64,000 bases of DNA from Antechinus flavipes (GCF_016432865.1 NC_067398.1:229214001-229278000), one strand, 5' to 3'; shown: positions 36,060 through 49,490, numbered from the stretch's first letter. Notes: generated by a model not told the origin, from the sequence alone. Numbers and translations are program-made.

Positions 36060-36409
36060 TGCGCTTGCGCCGGCGCTCGGCCGTGGCGTGCAGACCTTTC
36101 GGTTGCCGGGCTCGAGGACCCGAGGCCGAAGGCGACGGTGACGGCGAGGGCAGCGCCGCGTCCCGGTGCCTCCTGTCCAGGGCGCCCCAGGGCCCGGAGA
36201 GATTCACTCCCGACTTAGGGCGTCGGGGAAACGAGCACAAGCTCCAAGGGGAGCTGCAGCCGCTGGCACAGCGTCCGCCAGTCACTTCCGGAGAATGCGG
36301 TCACGCTTCTCCGAGTCCGGAGTTGCTTTTGTGGAAGCTTTGCCTCGCGTGCATCTCCTGAGCACCTTGCAGATTTTTAGCATTTTGGGGCTGAAGGCAG
36401 GGGGCGGGG
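36060..36409 (-). promoter_or_regulatory. PLD6 proximal promoter motifs: NRF1-like, ETS/GABP, GC box
   Basis: TGCGCTTGCGC at 36060-36070 (1 mismatch to NRF1 GCGCATGCGC), CCGGAAGTGAC at 36291-36281 (ETS) and GGGGCGGGG at 36401-36409 (Sp/KLF). Confidence 0.5.
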
Positions 36410-38419
36410 GTTGGTTTTCATTGATGGGACAAAATCAAGTGGATTTTCACCTCGCGGGAAAGTTAATCTCCATTTTCTGGACACCTTTGTTGGATCTCAA
36501 CATATTTCTGATTTTGGTGATTTGGATTTGCTCTTTTTTTTGGAGACTTGCGAATGGTTGATCTTTTTTGTTAGTCTTAAAAAAAACTCTTGGTTTTATC
36601 TTTTCATTAAAAATTTTTAACTTGGACTGCTTTCTGCACTGCTCTTTATTCTCTTATTTTCTTCTGGCCTGATGGCTTTATTTCTTGCTTCCGTGTTTAG
36701 AAACAGATTCACGTTTTTCTTTCATGTTGATATGGTATTCAGGACTATGAACTTGATTCTGAGCTCCAGTTATTACATTACTTTTAAAAATATGTTTTCA
36801 TATTTTCATTATCTTTTAATTACCCTTCAACCCAGTTACTTAGGTCGTAGTTTTTAGGTACCATGTGATTTACACCTTTTATTCCTATTCATTATTTATT
36901 CCTAGTGTCATTATTTAATATTAGTTTTGTTGCATTGTGATCTGTAAATGCACATTAGCTTTGCTAGATATACCTTATTCCTGTGAAAATCACCATCCTT
37001 CCCAAGTCTCAGGTTTGTGATCAGCATCATCCTGTATTTTTTATTTTTTTCACATCACACATATCTTTAGTTGCTAAATATCTTTCTACTCATACTCTAC
37101 CACCTTAATTCAAGTTTTCTTCACCTGCCTAGATGACTGCAACAACCTAATTGTTTTCTCTGCCTAAAAGCTTTTTATAGTCTAAGGCCTTCCAGCATGC
37201 AAACACTTTTAAGTGATTTTCTTAAGTGAAGATCTGACCCCGTCACTCCAGTGACTTTCTGTTGTTTGTAGTATCTAGTTTAAACGCTTTTTAGTTTGCA
37301 GCTTAGACACCACTTTGAAGCTTTTCCTGCCCTACAACATTCGACTTTTTATTGCCTTCCTTCCCAAACTATCTTATACTTAACTTTTTTTTGTATTAAC
37401 TTTATATTTATGCTGCAAGTTTTTATGGTTTTGTTGTTTTTCCTGTTGGCATGTAAGTTATTAATAGGAACTATTTCTTTAGGTAGTTAATACTTGTTAA
37501 CTGATTGAATGACTGTGGTTCAGTATGAATCCGCATGAATCCATAAAGTCTTTGTTATCATTCGTACAGTTTTTGAGCCACTGAAGATTTTTGAGAAGGG
37601 AAAGTAGCATGATCATTACTCTTCCATAGGAAGAATATTTTGGTACTAGTTGAAAGATAGATTAGGGAGAGATGGAAGCAGGGAGACCAATTAAGATTAA
37701 GTCCCTAGAGAGGTTGGCTGTGTGAAATGTGGAAATCAAACTGACACTGAATTAATCAGGAAAGAATCCAAAATACTTCTGAGGTTATAAACTTAAGCAG
37801 CTTGAAATAATGGGTGTTCTCAACAGAAATTGAGATATTGGAGGATGGATTGGAAATCAAAGAATAAAAATCATTGTTTTGATCATATTTCTTAAGTCTT
37901 TAAAAGCTGTTTTTCTTTACAATGTTGTCATTGAATAAGTTGTTTTGATTCTATTCAATTCATTCTGTATCAATTCATGCTTCCCACATTTCCATATATC
38001 TTTAGTAATTTCCCATTGTACAATAACATTCCATTAATTTGTTCAGTTACTTCTCACTTGGCAACTCTTAATTTCCAATTCTTTGCTTTCTGTCTTTTTA
38101 ATTTTATCCCCTTCAGGATGAGGAAGTTGTTTTGAGACTTCCTTCCAAAATATTCCCTTATTTTTGCCTCTCCTTTGCTCATGATTTCTGGAAATATAGT
38201 GTCCGGATTTTCAAAATTGTGCCTTTCAGGGAGTTTGATGATTTAAAAAAAAAAAACTTATGTGAAAATATATTTCATGTAAAACACAAACTTGATAAGA
38301 TTAGCAAATACAGAATTTAAATTCAGCAAGATGTTCTGCAATGTTAGTACAGACTTTTCCTTTTACACTCTGCAATGAGTATTTCAAAGGAGTGATAAAA
38401 TCTGTAGTATTAGCTTCAA

Positions 38420-40570
38420 ATCCTGATTGAATTTATGCATTATTTCCATATATACACGACTCAAAAAAAAATCTTTGGATTTATAGATTTTTAGCAAAGT
38501 TAGAATAAAAAGGATTGACCTGCTAACTGGTGAGGTAGATATTTCCTCAGATATGGAAGGCAATAAGTATTCCAAGTAGTTTTTTGTGGCCAAGTCATTA
38601 TGATAGGCTCTTTCCTAGTTCCTTGTAACATGAGAATCTTCAAATAAGCAAACTTCCAGTTCTGAGAAGCTGGATGCCAGAAACATAGAATCTGCAGTCA
38701 TGCTGGTAACTAGTTCATCTAAAGCATTAGCTTGTCTCTTCAAACTGTAAAATATCTTCTATTTGTCTTTCATTAAGGCCTCTGCTGGCTTGGACACAGA
38801 GCAGCAAAGTCAGAGTTTGAGGGTGTCTTTATAATGACTTTGTCTCATTGCTTTTCCACACCAGTTCTCCTTCCTGTGTACGTTGAGTAAATTTAGCTTC
38901 TTTCCAAAAGAATATTGTAGTTCCTCGGTGGTGGAAAATGGTAAGTTCTCTTTCAAACTTTCCAATTCATCCTCTGGGGTTTCTGCTTTTTAAAAAATGG
39001 CTTCTAGATTTTCTAGGGACTCTGGAAGAGATGGCTTAAAATTCTTAAGGTCAGTTCTAAGTTCACTTTTTATTTTTAATTTTATTTGCTTCATTTGATC
39101 CAATCCTTTAAAAAAATTTTTTTGCTAGTTCTTGAGTTCCAGATAATCGTTCTATATCTGAGTTTGAAGATTCTTAAACAGTTTTTCGTTACACTGCTTT
39201 CTCTAGTTACTTTTGATAGCAAATCCCATTTTTTTCTTACGGTTTTAATTTTTTGTTCTTGTGGAATCAATATGTTCCGTCCTTTTGAATGTTTACAATC
39301 TGTAATTTGGGCAAGGTTTCCCATGTTCTATTCTAAATTATTCTTCCAATTCTTTCTGCAGGATTTTTAACCAGTTGCTTGACTGATCCTAGAAATTCAT
39401 GTTGGGTGTGCAAAAATGTTTTTTCTTTGGGAGACTACTTGCAGTTATTATGGAGTTACTTCCTTCCTCTGAACTGGATCATAAAATAATTTTTTATAGT
39501 TGTTGATATCATCTATTTATTCATCTCTCCAATCTCAGTTCCCAAATTACAGCTATTTTTTAGATCAAAATACTTTTTCTGGTATGATAACTAGCCTTGT
39601 TTGGTTTCAACATGGGACATCTATATTTTTGTGCTACTTCTTGGGAAAGAGCGAGCACTGGTAGATTTCTGCCTATCCTTTCTGTATACTTTGAGGTTCA
39701 GGGCACCAGATATTCAGCGTTCTCAATGGAGTTTCTTGCCACTTGTGTTCACTTCCAAGATCCATGTGCTGTTTGTGTGGGGAGGGGGAGGGAGAAGAAG
39801 GGGGAGGTTGATGCCTTCCATTCTTGCTGCTTCCAGAAACCTTTTTACAGGTGTCTTTAAGATCATTCTGGGAGAGTCCCAGCTCATTCACCCTAGTTTT
39901 TGTGTAGTTCCAACAATAAAGAAACTATAGTTTCTCACTATCTCTTGCTCATTGTTTTATGTGATGTTGTTTTAAAGTGTTTGTTAAAGTAGATGTGCAG
40001 TTACATGAACTGATGCTGAATGAAATGAGCAGGGCCAGGAGATCATTATATACTTCAACAACAATACTATATGATGATCAATTCTGATGGACCTGGCCAT
40101 CTTCAGCAATGAGATGAACCAAATCAGTTCCAATGGAGCAGTAATGAACTGAAACAGCTACATCCAGGGAAAGAACTCTGGGAGATGACCAAGAACCATT
40201 ACATTGAATTCCCAATCCCTATATTTTTGCCTGCATTTTGGATTTCCTTCACAGGCTAATTGTACAATATTTCAGAGTCTGATTCTTTTTGTACAGCAAA
40301 ATAATGGTTTTGTCATGTATACTTATTTTGTATTTAATTTACACTTTAATATATTTAACATGTATTGGTCATCCTGCCATCTAGGGGAGGGGGTAGGAGA
40401 AAGGGGAAAAATTGGAACAAAAGGTTTGGCAATTGTCAATGCTGTAAAACTACCCATGCATATAACTTGTAAATAAAAAGCTATTTTAAAAAAAAAACAT
40501 GTACACTGATAGTTTTCAGCATTCACCAATGCAAAAAATAAAGTAGATGTGCAGGAATTGTGCTTACATT
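38420..40570 (-). mobile_element. Old L1/HAL1-like element (5'UTR + ORF1 remnant), interrupted by a younger L1 at 40001-40539
   Basis: The - strand ORF 39324-39091 KHSKGRNILIPQE...TVRKKWDLLSKVTRE resembles the L1 ORF1 C-terminal domain (YKGxxIRIxQD...RRxW). The upstream region resembles marsupial L1 5'UTRs. No ORF2 is recognisable downstream. Confidence 0.45.
40001..40539 (+). mobile_element. 5'-truncated L1 (ORF2 end + 3'UTR + A10 + 35-bp extra + A-tail) with a perfect 15-bp TSD
   Basis: Starts ttacatgaactgatgctgaatgaaatgagc (LHELMLxEMS). TSD aaagtagatgtgcag at 39986-40000 and 40540-40554, TT|AAAG target. Confidence 0.9.
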
Positions 40571-42066
40571 TGGAGATTCACCTTATGTATATGTAGTCTT
40601 CCCTTGTTTTCCTTGAAAAGTCTGCTATGAGAGAAATTATTTCTGTGATAAATTATTTCTTCACTTCCAACAGCAATGTTTTTACTTTATATTTAAATAT
40701 TGGAAATTTATGTCTACACATATAAAATCCTGGGTATTTCAATGAGTGTTAATTACTATTATAAATTACTATTAGAATTGGCTGCTCTTGCCAGTTGTAG
40801 GAAAATTTGATTTTATGAATTACAGGGTTCTAATAGTCCCTCTTACCCTGCCCCCCCCCAAAAAAAAAAAAAAAAAAAGAAATTACCTGTAGTATCAGTA
40901 ATCCTGAAGCTCTCAATATGTGGTCTGAATCCAGCGAATCTGTTTTTTGGGTCTGAATGTCTTCCAATAGTTTAGATTTTTAAAAGGACTATTTTCCAAG
41001 GGGCCTCCATTAAGCACCACTAGTTTCATTCCACCTTAATTGCTTTGAAGTTTTCAACAGTGCTTTTCACTGTGGTCAAGTTTTTTTTTTTTTTTTTTAA
41101 ATTGTTTGCCCCCTTATCTTTCTTGCTCCTGACATTTTATATGATTCATTTCTATATTTCTTGTTTTATTAGCCATCTGCTTTTCTCCTTTTAAAATTCC
41201 CATGGTTTAAATTTTACTGTGAGATTCTTTTATAGCAGTTTTTTCACGGTATTTCTATTGTATTTTTCAGTGGGGTAGATCAAGAACTTGGCCTTCAGTC
41301 TTCTCACTGTATATCAGTATACTTATTAAATGCCTTGAATTGAATTAAAATGATCCTTTAACTGGAACTTTATGGCCAGCTACTCCATTTCTTGTCATTT
41401 TCACAAACTCCTTGTCATTTCAGAATGATATTAGATACTTCAGCATCTCAATATTCCAGGCACTTCTTTAAAACAAATCTCCATTAGTAGGGGGAATTTC
41501 CTCATCTGGGAAAATAACAACATTGGATTGGATAGTTAAGGTCCCCACCCAGCTCTAAACCCACAATCCCAAAACTTTGCTTTCCCAGCACCAATTAACA
41601 TTAAATAATTTGTCCAAGTAATTTCTTAGTAATCTTGAAAGAGATAATCATCTTAAGTAAAATTTAAGCCTTTTTTTTTTTCAATCAGCAAAAGTCTATT
41701 TTTTCTCCCACCTACAACTCTGCCCCTCTCCCCACTAGAAAAAGGTGGAAAAACCCCAAGACCTTCAATATGCATATTCCAGCAAAACAACTTCCTAAAT
41801 TGGTCATGTGCAAAGAAATATATGGCAGAGATATATTTTTAAATTTAGTAAAAGGTAAATCACTTAATACCTAGAATTCATATTTTCAATTAAGTAACAA
41901 TATCTTGGGAAAGATTTTCCAGTATCACTAAGAATTTTTGATTATAAAATATCTCACAGATTAGCTTACTTTTTAAAAGATGCCCTTAAGCATTATCCTT
42001 TGCCAAAGCTATGTTGCACATACCAGATTAAAAATACTTATGTTCTCCAGCTTACAAAAATACATC

Positions 42067-42082
42067 TTTATTGTGTTTTAAT
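42067..42082 (-). terminator. FLCN: Candidate FLCN polyadenylation signals (ATTAAA + AATAAA in tandem)
   Basis: The - strand reads ATTAAAacacAATAAAgatgtatttttgtaagc, about 1.2 kb after the stop. It is the first canonical hexamer I find. Confidence 0.5.
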
Positions 42083-43265
42083 GCTTTTAACAATGACATA
42101 AAAACTTAGTTTTTGTGTTAAATATAATTTAAATAAACACCCACAAAATCCCCCCTTTAGATAAATTGACAAAAAAGTTGTTGCAAAATCACCAAGTATT
42201 GTTAGAAATGCAAGTGCAGCCACAAGTTGATGAAATAAAAAAATCTAGCATAATCTTGACATCGTTTTTGGTTGACACTGGTCAAGGCTTTAACAAGTTA
42301 TGAAGGGCAGAGTGATAATGAATGAAATTATGGTAAAGTTTATAAATATTATGGCTAAATAAAATGAAAGGTCACAATCTAAATACCATTATAAGGAACT
42401 GAAATTCATGTTTTCTCAAATTGGGAAGTCAAATGTCTATTTCACATTTAGGCAAAAGTAATACTTTTATATAAAACAATAATCCTCTTCAAAATGAGGT
42501 CACAGATTTTCACATGTAATTATAGAGAAGCCTAGCCAGAATACATTTGCAAATGAGTGTCTTTAGCTTGTTATTGTTATAGTAATCATTTCAAAAATAA
42601 TTGATTACGCCCCTCACTTCAAATAGAATTCAAATGCATGTAAGGATAAAGAACTGCTTTAACTTTAGTCTTTTCCAAAGACCCAGAACAGCTCCCAGCC
42701 TCAAGATTAGATGTCTAAAAATAGTGAAGGAATTGAATGTGCTCTAAATGTTTTCTAATGAAGTCAAAAATCACATAACTCTCACTCAATCTCAAATTGA
42801 AAGTGTTCAAAAAAAGAAGATATTCTGTAGCAAAATCCAACCCTAATCCCAGATGGTTTCTTTTCTAAAATTTGAGATGAAAAATCTTTAGAGCAAACAA
42901 ATACAAGTTTTTCTTACAACTTCTCTACATTGCCTGTGTTAGTAGATGAACTGATCCAGCTGTTTTAAGTTTTCCATTATCACTGTGTGGATGGACTGTT
43001 CCTTCTTAAATTCCAAAGATATTTATACAGTTTAAGTGCCCTAAAAAACAAGATTAATCACAACTACCACATGGAGGCCAGAAATTAGGGTTGTAAGTCT
43101 ACATTTCTGGATGACAAATATCTCATTTCTGAGCAACTCAAAGGTTAAGTTTACAATTCTCCAAGTGGAATTTGTGGACAACTGTATTTGTCATTCATAT
43201 GGTAGAAAGGGAATGAATAACTAGATCCCAGGAGACATATCCTGAGATACACTCCCATTATATCA

Positions 43266-43490
<225 letters not shown>

Positions 43491-44359
43491 TTATAATGTT
43501 CATTCCCTTCCTGAAGCAGCCAAAAGACCAGTCTGCAAGTGTCTCTAGTCACACTAGTTTCTTCTTATATAGCTAAGGAATTCAGTTACAGGGACTCAAA
43601 TGGTTCCAAAAACAGACATTTTAAAAAGCAAATGGTGTGTAAAAGTTTTAGAATATCTACCTGTCATAGTCAATCCTATATGTCAAGTTTTTTGTAGAAA
43701 AACTACAATTAAGTTAACTATTTTCTTAAATGTAAGAAACTGATTGGCTCCTAAACATAAACAGCTACCTATATTAGAATCAGAATTAGGGAAAACTAGA
43801 ATAATTATTTTAATTAATAAAACAAAATAATTTCCTTTATCTAATAAGAAATAGCCATAAAGGACACAATGAAGCAAAGCAAATGGGAAGAAAAGAAATC
43901 TAAAGAAATGGGAACCTTGGTCAGTCACTTTATGACTTATGCGCTTATTAAATTAATCATGACTTCTATAGGAGAAAAGATAAAGTTGAGCTATATATGA
44001 AAACAGCTTCTATCTTATCCACTAGCATATACACATAGACACTTTTTTATTCTAAGGCAAAAACACTAAGAAAATATTCATAAAAAGTTGAACCATATTT
44101 TTGCTGGACTTCATCTTAATGAGAATACTTACTGCATCCAAAATAACACCCTCAACTCTTTTATTAATGCATTCCTAAAACTTCTAAGCATAATTAGATC
44201 TTCTTTTATTTCTTCCCATTAAAGACAGATCTAATTAACACTAAGTCTATCGGCACCTTTGACCTAGTTACTTTCTATCTCCTTCGGGACTTGGTTTCTT
44301 TCTATTCTTTCTGCTGGTGACTTCATCAATTCTTATGGGTTCATTTCTATACTATATCA

Positions 44360-47300
44360 ACTTATCAACAAGTTTTTAAGTGCCCATCATGTGCTGGGCA
44401 TTATACAAGGCCCTGTAAATACAAAGACAAAGAATGAACAATCCTTACTCTTTAAGGAAGAAATATATTAAGAAAATATAAGATAATCAAGGAGGAGCTA
44501 GCAGCTAGGAGGAACAAGGAAAGACTTCATGGAGATGATAGTACTTGAGCTATAGCATGAAGGGAGGGATTCTATAAGGTGGAGGTGAGGAAGGCAGAGG
44601 GGTCACATAGATACAAAGGTATCAAGTTGGGTTGTAACATTGTGTACAAAGACCAAAGAGGCAGTCTAGCTGCCTTGCAGAATATAAGAGGAATTTACAG
44701 GGACAATTCAAAGATTATATATGGGATGGGAAGGCCTAAAGCTAAACAGATTAGTTTATATTTTATCCTAGAGGTAAAAGGGAGTCACTGTAATTAAAGA
44801 AAATCCTTTGAATATGGTAAAGAGGCAGGACTCCAATGAGGAGGAAAGTTGGGCCAGAGATCAGCTGTAAGGTCCTTGTAATTGTCTACACAAGAGCTGA
44901 TGAGAACCTCACACCTAAGGTGATGGCTGTGAGATAAAGGAGTAGATGTGAAAGAAAGGATGAGATTTGGCAGAGGATTAGTTATGTGGTAAGGAAAAGG
45001 GTAGGAGATGATAATGTCAAAGTTACAGACCTAGAAAATGAAATAGTTGTACATTTGGAAAGAAATGAATAGAAATTTAGAAGAGAGTTGGAATACTAGG
45101 GGGGAGGGAAGGAGAAGATACTGAATTCCATTTGGACTATTCCAACTTTGAGATGTCCCTAGGATATCCAATCAGAAGCAGTCAATGACAGTGATGTGAA
45201 ACCCAAGTTCAGGGGACAGACTGGGTGGGGCTGCATGTATATAAGGTGAAAATGATTAAAACCAAGGACCTGATAAGAGAGAAGAGAGCACAGGACAAAG
45301 CCAGGGAGAAGGAGATCTAGGGGGAAAAAAGCTGTGTCATGAAAACCCAGAGAAGAAAGAACATCCAAAAGAGACTGATCAACAGGATTAGATTAAGTAC
45401 AGAAACCTAAAGACTGAAAACAGAACTTGGAAACGAATTCACTGGTAACTTTGGAAAGAGCAATTTCAATCGGCTGATTCATTCTGAAGACTAAGAGTAA
45501 GCAGAGTAGATAATGTGTGGATGGCTTTTTCTAAGAGAGTGGCTAAGAAAGGGAGGAGAGGAGTATAGTTTGAAGGGATCATGGGGTCTAAGGATAGGAA
45601 AATTGGGGCATGTTGAAGGCAGCAGAAAAGGAATCAACAAATAGGAAGAAGCAAATAGGAAGAGTAGCAAAAGGGGGGCAATTTGGCAGAGAAAACCAAA
45701 GGAGATGGCATCAAGGACACAGAGAAGTTGATTTTGGCAAGGAGAAGGGAGAGGAAGGGAGGTTTCAAGGAATTTTCAGATGGAGAAAAGAAGAGAGCAC
45801 ATGACAGAGCCTCAATTTCTTAACTTAAGAAGTAGGCTTTCAGCTAAGCATGGAAGTTTGTGAGATGTAGGAAGCTAGAGAGAGAAGATTTTCAATAACT
45901 TTTGTGGGTAGTAAGGTAAGGAATCAATTAGGGAAGAATAAAAGGATCCACTTCTTGAGGTGAGGACCCAGTTGAAGTCAGAATGGACCTGTCAGCACAC
46001 TGTGTGTCACTTCTTTCACTTTTGTTTAGCTTCATGTAAGTTGGAAGAGATGTGGATGACAGGGGACCGACATAGGGTAAGTGCTGACAGGACAAGGCAT
46101 TTGAAAGTAGATGACATGATCAGAGAAATGCAAATTAAGACAACTCTGAGATACCACTACACACCTGTCAGATTGGCTAAGATGACAGGAAAAAATAATG
46201 ATGAATGTTGGAGGGGATGTGGGAAAAGTGGGACACTAATGCATTGTTGGTGGAGTTGTGAACGAACCCAACCATTCTGGAAGCAATCTGGAATTATGCC
46301 CAAAAAGTTATCAAATTGTGCATACCCTTTGATCCAGCAGTGTTTCTATTGGGCTTATATCCCAAAGAAATACTAAAGAAGGGAAAGGGACCTGTATGTG
46401 CCAAAATGTTTGTAGCAGCCCTATTTGTAGTGGCTAGAAACTGGAAACTGAATGGATGCCCATCAATTGGAGAATGGCTGGGTAAATTGTGGTATATGAA
46501 TGTTATGGAATATTATCATTCTGTAAGAAATGACCAGCAGGATGAATACAGAGAGGACTGGCGAGACTTACATGAACTGATGCTAAGTGAAATGAGCAGA
46601 ACCAGGAGAGCATTATACACTTTGACAACGATATTGTATGAGGACATATTTTGATGGAAGTGGATTTCTTTGACAAAGAGACCTAACTGAGTTTCAATTG
46701 ATAAATGACAGACAAAAGCAGCTACACCCAAAGAAAGAACACTGGGAAACGAATGTGAACTATTTGCATTTTTGTTTTTCTTCCCAGGTTATTTATACCT
46801 TCTGAATCCAATTCTCCCTATGCAACAAGAGAATTGTTCGGTTCTGCAAACATATATTGTATCTAGGATATACTGCAACATATCCAACATATATAGGACT
46901 GCTTGCCATTTGGGGGAGGGGGTGGAGGGAGGGAGGGGAAAAAATCGGAACAGAAGCAAGTGCAAGGGATAATGTTGTAAAAAAAATTACCCTGGCATGG
47001 ATTCTGTCAATATAAAGTAATTATTAAATAAAAATTAAAAAAAAAAAAAAAGAAAGTAGATGACAGTGCTGGACTTGTTAAGGAACAGGTCAATTCTCTG
47101 AGAGCCTCCACAGCTGTGGTAAATCATACATCTGAAGGAGTTGCAGGGCAGCCTTTGCTGACACAGGTGTGCTCAGTAGGAATGAGATAAATTGGAGGCA
47201 GAGGGAAGAGGAGGGAGGTCAGATAACGCAATGTCCTCTCAGTCGGAGAGGTCAGAGAACAGCAATTGCTTCTCAGTGTCCTGGTATCATCATCTCACAA

Positions 47301-47720
47301 GAAAGAGGAGATCCATTCTGGGTTGGTTCTCCAGCAGCCACTGTTAGGTGGCTCCCAGTAGCACAACACAGACTGAACTGATTCTCAAAGGGAATTAAGT
47401 TGAGAAAGGAGTAAAGTGAAATCAGTAGAGGGGAGGGACTGCAGCTCAAAATGAGAGCAAAGAGCGTTTAGGAGAAACTGAGGCACATGCAACAGTGCAA
47501 TGACAGAAGATGTGGGTAAGACCAGAGTTTTTGATGAAGGAAGGAAAACACCTTGTGGGTAATGGTGAGCTTCAGAATATAACTGTATGCAGGATTAAGG
47601 AGAAGCAAGTGTATGCCATGAGATTTGAGAAAAATGAGAACTGGAAATTTGAGTAAACAGCAACATAAATGCTGAAATCCTCTAGTAAAAGGCCAGGGAT
47701 TGAGGAGAAAATGACTCTTA
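44360..47720 (-). mobile_element. Long L2 remnant (antisense) in FLCN intron 13, split by the L1 at 46117-47051
   Basis: L2 3' end tcaacaagtttttaagtgcccatcatgtgctgggcattatacaagg...aatacaaagacaaa, followed by typical purine-rich L2-antisense sequence on both sides of the L1. Confidence 0.65.
46117..47051 (+). mobile_element. 5'-truncated L1 (935 bp): ORF2 C-terminus, 3'UTR, poly(A), perfect 14-bp TSD
   Basis: REMQIKTTLRYHYTPVRLAKM...CWRGCGKSGTLMHCWWSC (CX3CX7HX4C), one frameshift near 46281, then ...LYPKEILKKGKG...LHELMLSEMSRTRR...DIF*. TSD gaaagtagatgaca at 46103-46116 and 47052-47065. Confidence 0.95.
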
Positions 47721-49490
47721 GATCTATAAATCTAGCTCTAGTCTCTTCTGAGTTTCACACTCTTATCAAACACCAGACATTTTGAACTTGATATACTGAA
47801 GGCATCTTAAACTCAACAGTCTAAAACATCTCCTTCCTCAGACTTACCCATCTGCTATACTTCCCTATTATTGTTAGGGACATACCCTTCCCAGTAACCT
47901 AGGTTTGTCACCTGCTATTATCCATGGCTCCTCAAATTTCTAATTGGTTGCTTGATCTTGCCATCTCTTTTATTTTCACATCTTGCAAACCACTTCTCCA
48001 CTCACATAACCACCAACCTTGTTCAATCCCTCATCACCTTTAACTTAGACCATTTCACCTCTCTGACTCATCTATTTTCTTCAATCTATTCTTAGGTATC
48101 TGCCAAAGTGCAGTTTTGATTAATGTAACTCCCCAATCCCAAACAAACTCCCATGGCTCCCTATTAACTCCAGAATTGTCATTTGGCATTAAAACTCTTC
48201 AAAGTCTGGCCCTTCCTCAAGTTTCCAGGCTTCTTATGCATCCCTGTGCTCCACACATAATCCAGCCAAACCAGACTTTCATCTCTCCTACTTGGCAGTG
48301 TGTCAAGCCCAGAGAAGGCAGTTCATAAATGCTCACTGACTGGACTGACTTAACTGACTGATAAAAATCAACTGCTTCTTAACCTCCAAATGTCAGCATA
48401 CTCCAAGGAACTATAACTGGCAATCTTACTTCTCTCTCTCTCCCCATATTGGTAATTTCACTTCAACTACTACCTCGGTGCAGATGATTCTCAAATGTAC
48501 TACCTCCATGAAATCTTCCCTTGAACATCCAAATAATATCTTAAACATATTAAAAGATGAAGTCATCACTATTTTCCTCCTACTTCTATGACAGAAATAT
48601 CAAATTAGAGCCAAAAAACTAATTTGAATGGCTACCAAATTAAACTGGGATGAAGAAGTGTTAAAAAAAATCACAAATTAACATTATCTTTGTTGTGTTT
48701 TGTTAAAGTCAATGTGTATCCCCTAGATTTAAGTCTGACACCACTAGGTCCATGGCATTCACCCAATTTCCCCAATTTCCTTAGGATTACCTTTGATTCT
48801 TTCTTTCTTCCTTCATTTCTACCCCAAAACATCCCTTCCATCACCGGCCTCCTTTCTTTGTTCCTACTTTCATCATCCTATTATAGGTTTCTATTACCAA
48901 CTTCTTAAAAGTACTGGAGTAGCTCCCTTCTCTTTGGCCAGAACAGTTTTTCTTAACATCAATTTGATCACATCACACCTCTCCTTATCAGCCTTCAATG
49001 GCTTCCCAAAGTCCACAAAGTGAAAATCCAAACCTACTTGACATTCAATTCTTGATGGACTCTAACTGTCCCTACTTTGCATCCACCCCTCCCCCCACCC
49101 CAACCACACATTGTAATCTCAGAGCTCTCTGCCTCTCTTCAAACCCATGAAGAGACGTCTCCTCTTACATGTTTGTTGAATTCCTACTCATCTTTTAAAA
49201 GTCCAACTCAAATGCCACCTCCTTTAGGAAACCTTTCTTGATCTGTCTTTCCACAGAAGTAATGACTCCCTTTCAGACTCCATATAACACTTTCTTTTAT
49301 AAACTCTTTAATGTACTTATCACAAAATATGTATCTGACTATTTGTGTTGGCATTTTGTTCTTCTGCTTGGCTATAAACTCTGGCACAGCAAAAAAAAAA
49401 AAAAAAAAAAGTTTTACCTAAACTTTTCATCTCTCCTCTAGCCTAGTACAGTGCTCTCTACCTAGTAGGCACTTAAATATTTATTGTATC
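47720..49490 (+). mobile_element. Two L2 3' remnants (~47720-48365 and ~48760-49490)
   Basis: Pyrimidine-rich L2 text ending aggcagttcataaatgctcactgactg and agcctagtacagtgctctctacctagtaggcacttaaatatttattg. Confidence 0.65.

Larger units (their letters stand above)
35350..36360. promoter_or_regulatory. PLD6: CpG island covering PLD6 exon 1 and its promoter/5'UTR
   Basis: Abrupt, very GC- and CpG-rich segment in an otherwise AT-rich, CpG-depleted window. Confidence 0.9.

Noticed and set aside
35490-36361. Many long overlapping ORFs on both strands around PLD6 exon 1 (184 aa alternative frame; 115, 130, 147, 88 and 98 aa)
   Set aside because: Those I checked start at GTG, and all lie in a very GC-rich island where stops are rare. 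The 184-aa frame has no ATG and none resembles a known protein. They are shadow ORFs.
45960-46116. N-terminal part of the 138-aa ORF upstream of the L1 ORF2 fragment, as a chimeric gene
   Set aside because: It is chance open frame in L2-derived flank with a GTG start, and the L1 part frameshifts after ~55 codons.
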